From Patescibacteria group bacterium (lineage in GTDB: Bacteria; Patescibacteriota; Patescibacteriia; Patescibacteriales; UBA12075): a DNA stretch of 43,773 bases. Positions 41,573-43,773 of this stretch are shown here, piece after piece (positions within the stretch are counted from its first letter, which is position 1; every line of letters begins with the position of its first letter). Where the stretch lies: positions 1 through 43,773 of the forward strand of contig JAKJDO010000005.1 in the NCBI GenBank assembly GCA_022705905.1. The letters run 5' to 3'. The translations under genes and the position numbers were made by a program. The notes beneath the pieces are model-generated. The model had not been told where the DNA came from. It worked only from the letters and a program-made list of their open reading frames with translations, and searched no databases.

Positions 41573-43773
41573 ATGAATAAAAAAAATAATAATAAAAGCG
41601 AAGAAGCCGTCAGCCCTTTTCCGAAAGTGGAAGAGGATGTTTTGCGATTTTGGCAGAGTAATAAAATTTTTGAAAAATCAGTAAAAAAAGAAGCGCCGCA
41701 AGGAAGTTATATTTTTAATGACGGCCCACCGTTCATAACCGGTTTGCCTCATTATGCTACATTACTGCCTAGTGTTGCTAAAGATGTTGTGCCGAGATAC
41801 TGGACAATGAAGGGTTGTCGAGTAGAAAGAAAATGGGGGTGGGATTGCCACGGTCTACCAGCCGAAAATAAAGTTGAAGGGCAACTTGGTTTAAAAAACA
41901 AAAAGGATATAGAAGATTTAGGTGTGGGTAAATTTGTTGATGCTTGTCGAAATTATGTTAAAGAAGGATCTGATCAGTGGCGTTGGTATATAGATCGCAT
42001 CGGTCGCTGGGTTGATATGGACAACGCTTATCGCACGATGGATTTAAATTTTATGGAAAGTGTTATCTGGGCGTTTAAAAAGCTGTATGACGATGGCTTT
42101 ATTTATGAAGGCTATCGGACGTCTTTGCATTGTCCACGCTGCGCTACTCCTTTGTCAAAATTTGAAATAACTATGGATGCTGGTTCTTATCGCGATATAA
42201 CTGAACCTTCAGTAACCGTAAAATTTAAAGTCGTTGGCAAAGAAAATGAATATTTATTAGCCTGGACAACTACTCCCTGGACTTTGCCTGGCAATTTAGC
42301 TTTGGCAGTCGGCGAAAAAGTAAAATACATTAAAGCGGAAGTTGACGGTGAGATTTTGATTTTAGCGAAAGATCGAATGGGAGAAATTTTACAAGATAAA
42401 AAGTATAAAATTGCTAAGGAGTTGTCTGGTAGCGATTTGATTGGTGAGCAGTATGAACCTTTATATATTTTGAACAGTGAAGAAATAAGAAAAAATTACA
42501 ACGTATATAAAGTTTATGGCGCCAATTTTGTAACTACTGAAGATGGTACCGGCATTGTTCATATAGCCCCAAATTTTGGTGAAGATGATTTCGAATTAGG
42601 CAAGGTAATTGGTTTGCCGATGGTTGATTTAATGGACGAGAATGGAATATATGCTAAAGAAGCTGGGCAATGGCAGAATTTTTATTTTAAAAAAACCGGC
42701 GAAGCCGTTAAAGAAGATCTGCAAAAAAGAAATATAATTTTTTCAGTTTTTGACGTCACTCATCCTTATCCTTTCTGCTATCGTTGTAATACTTCTTTAA
42801 TTTACAGAACACAGAAAGCTTGGTATTTGAAAATTGATAAAATTAGGGGAAAACTTGTTGAGACTAATAAAGAAATAAATTGGGTACCGGAATATTTCAA
42901 AGAAGGGCGTTTTCAATTTAACCTAGAATCAGCTCCTGATTGGTGTTTATCGAGGTCACGATATTGGGGCTCGCCTATACCGGTTTGGCGTTGTCAGAAT
43001 TGTGAAGAGGTGAAAGTCGTTGGTTCTCTTAAAGAAATAGAAAAGTTGAGCGGAAAAAGAATTAATGATTTACATCGTCCAGGCATTGATGAGATTGAAT
43101 TCAGATGCGATAAGTGCGGCAAGACAATGAAAAGAGTGCCGGAAGTTTTAGATTGCTGGTTTGAATCTGGCTCAATGCCTTTTGCTCAGTGGCATTATCC
43201 TTTTGAGCGAGAAGCTGATTTTAAAAATATTTTCCCGGCTGATTTTATAGTTGAATATACTGGTCAACTGCGCGGTTGGTTTTATTACCTACATGTTTTG
43301 TCTAATTGTTTGTTTGAATCTTTGTCATACAAGAACGTTATTGTGACAGGCGTTTTAGCTGGTACGGATGGTCGTAAAATGAGCAAATCTTTTGGTAATT
43401 ATCCTGACCCACGATTAGTACTGGAAAAATATGGTAGTGATGCTTTGCGCATGTATTTTATGAGCAGTTCGATTATGATGGGGGACGATACTAGCTTATC
43501 GGAGAAGGATATTCAGGATTCTTTACGTAAGAATGTAATGATTTTATGGAATATTTATAATTTTTACTCCATGTATGCTAACTATGAGAATCGAAATATT
43601 AGTTCTCTAGAAAGCGACAAAGAAACAGCTGAGAAATTCCTCGCTGACGCTCGGAATGACAACGTACTTGATAAATGGATTTTAGCCAAATTAAATCAAC
43701 TGATTTTTGAGGTAACTGGTAATTTAGAAAAATATCATTTGCCGGCAGCCGCAAATGATATTTTTCTAAATTA
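41573..43773 (+). CDS. ileS: Isoleucine--tRNA ligase type 2 (IleRS2); 3' end runs off the window
   Basis: Manual translation: DGPPFITGLPHYAT, GWDCHGLPAE, AWTTTPWTLPGN, GTGIVHIAP, DWCLSRSRYWGSPIP, DCWFESGSMP, GQLRGWFY, GRKMSKSFGNY and LDKWIL. Absent from the ORF track because there is no stop in the window. Confidence 0.96.
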   Translation, partial: MNKKNNNKSEEAVSPFPKVEEDVLRFWQSNKIFEKSVKKEAPQGSYIFNDGPPFITGLPHYATLLPSVAKDVVPRYWTMKGCRVERKWGWDCHGLPAENKVEGQLGLKNKKDIEDLGVGKFVDACRNYVKEGSDQWRWYIDRIGRWVDMDNAYRTMDLNFMESVIWAFKKLYDDGFIYEGYRTSLHCPRCATPLSKFEITMDAGSYRDITEPSVTVKFKVVGKENEYLLAWTTTPWTLPGNLALAVGEKVKYIKAEVDGEILILAKDRMGEILQDKKYKIAKELSGSDLIGEQYEPLYILNSEEIRKNYNVYKVYGANFVTTEDGTGIVHIAPNFGEDDFELGKVIGLPMVDLMDENGIYAKEAGQWQNFYFKKTGEAVKEDLQKRNIIFSVFDVTHPYPFCYRCNTSLIYRTQKAWYLKIDKIRGKLVETNKEINWVPEYFKEGRFQFNLESAPDWCLSRSRYWGSPIPVWRCQNCEEVKVVGSLKEIEKLSGKRINDLHRPGIDEIEFRCDKCGKTMKRVPEVLDCWFESGSMPFAQWHYPFEREADFKNIFPADFIVEYTGQLRGWFYYLHVLSNCLFESLSYKNVIVTGVLAGTDGRKMSKSFGNYPDPRLVLEKYGSDALRMYFMSSSIMMGDDTSLSEKDIQDSLRKNVMILWNIYNFYSMYANYENRNISSLESDKETAEKFLADARNDNVLDKWILAKLNQLIFEVTGNLEKYHLPAAANDIFLN
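43631..43661 (+). repeat. REP-like half element embedded in frame in ileS
   Basis: GAGAAATTCCTCGCTGACGCTCGGAATGACA ends in the same G-A-T-G-A-C-A-type terminus (GGAATGACA) as the intergenic elements (GGGATGACA); translated as EKFLADARND. Confidence 0.5.

Noticed and set aside
1-43773. Alternative genetic code 25 (UGA=Gly) as in Gracilibacteria/Absconditabacteria
   Set aside because: All conserved genes translate full length in code 11, and TGA serves as a stop (e.g. at 22189-region neighbours 21800, 27226 and 41470).

Overview
AT-rich bacterial chromosome segment read in the standard genetic code. The gene content points to Patescibacteria (CPR, Parcubacteria-like); this is an inference from VirB2/TrbC-like pilin fusions, a C-terminally truncated Rel, a short ComEC, a eukaryote-like IleRS2 and many Cys-rich surface proteins. 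Housekeeping blocks: der (partial), an LCP gene, lepB-hisS-rpsU-yqeY, rel, ybeY-dgkA-ftsA-ftsZ, nrdR-nrdD-nrdG, prfB-comEC, tRNA-Pro(GGG) and ileS (partial). Between them lie a pilin-anchored giant surface-protein cluster (8.2-17.4 kb, containing one frameshift) and an accessory region of secreted proteins, an ECF sigma module and small singleton genes (31.5-41.5 kb). Most notable observations: (1) a split class III ribonucleotide reductase whose glycyl-radical segment is a separate 46-aa ORF missing from the ORF track; (2) rpsU is the only housekeeping gene with a strong Shine-Dalgarno sequence, resembling bS21 autoregulation in Bacteroidia; (3) a ~250-nt, apparently pseudoknotted orphan RNA upstream of tRNA-Pro; (4) an IleRS whose HIGH motif reads HYAT; (5) REP-like palindromes, one of them translated in frame inside ileS. 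I found no CRISPR array, integrase, transposase or rRNA.
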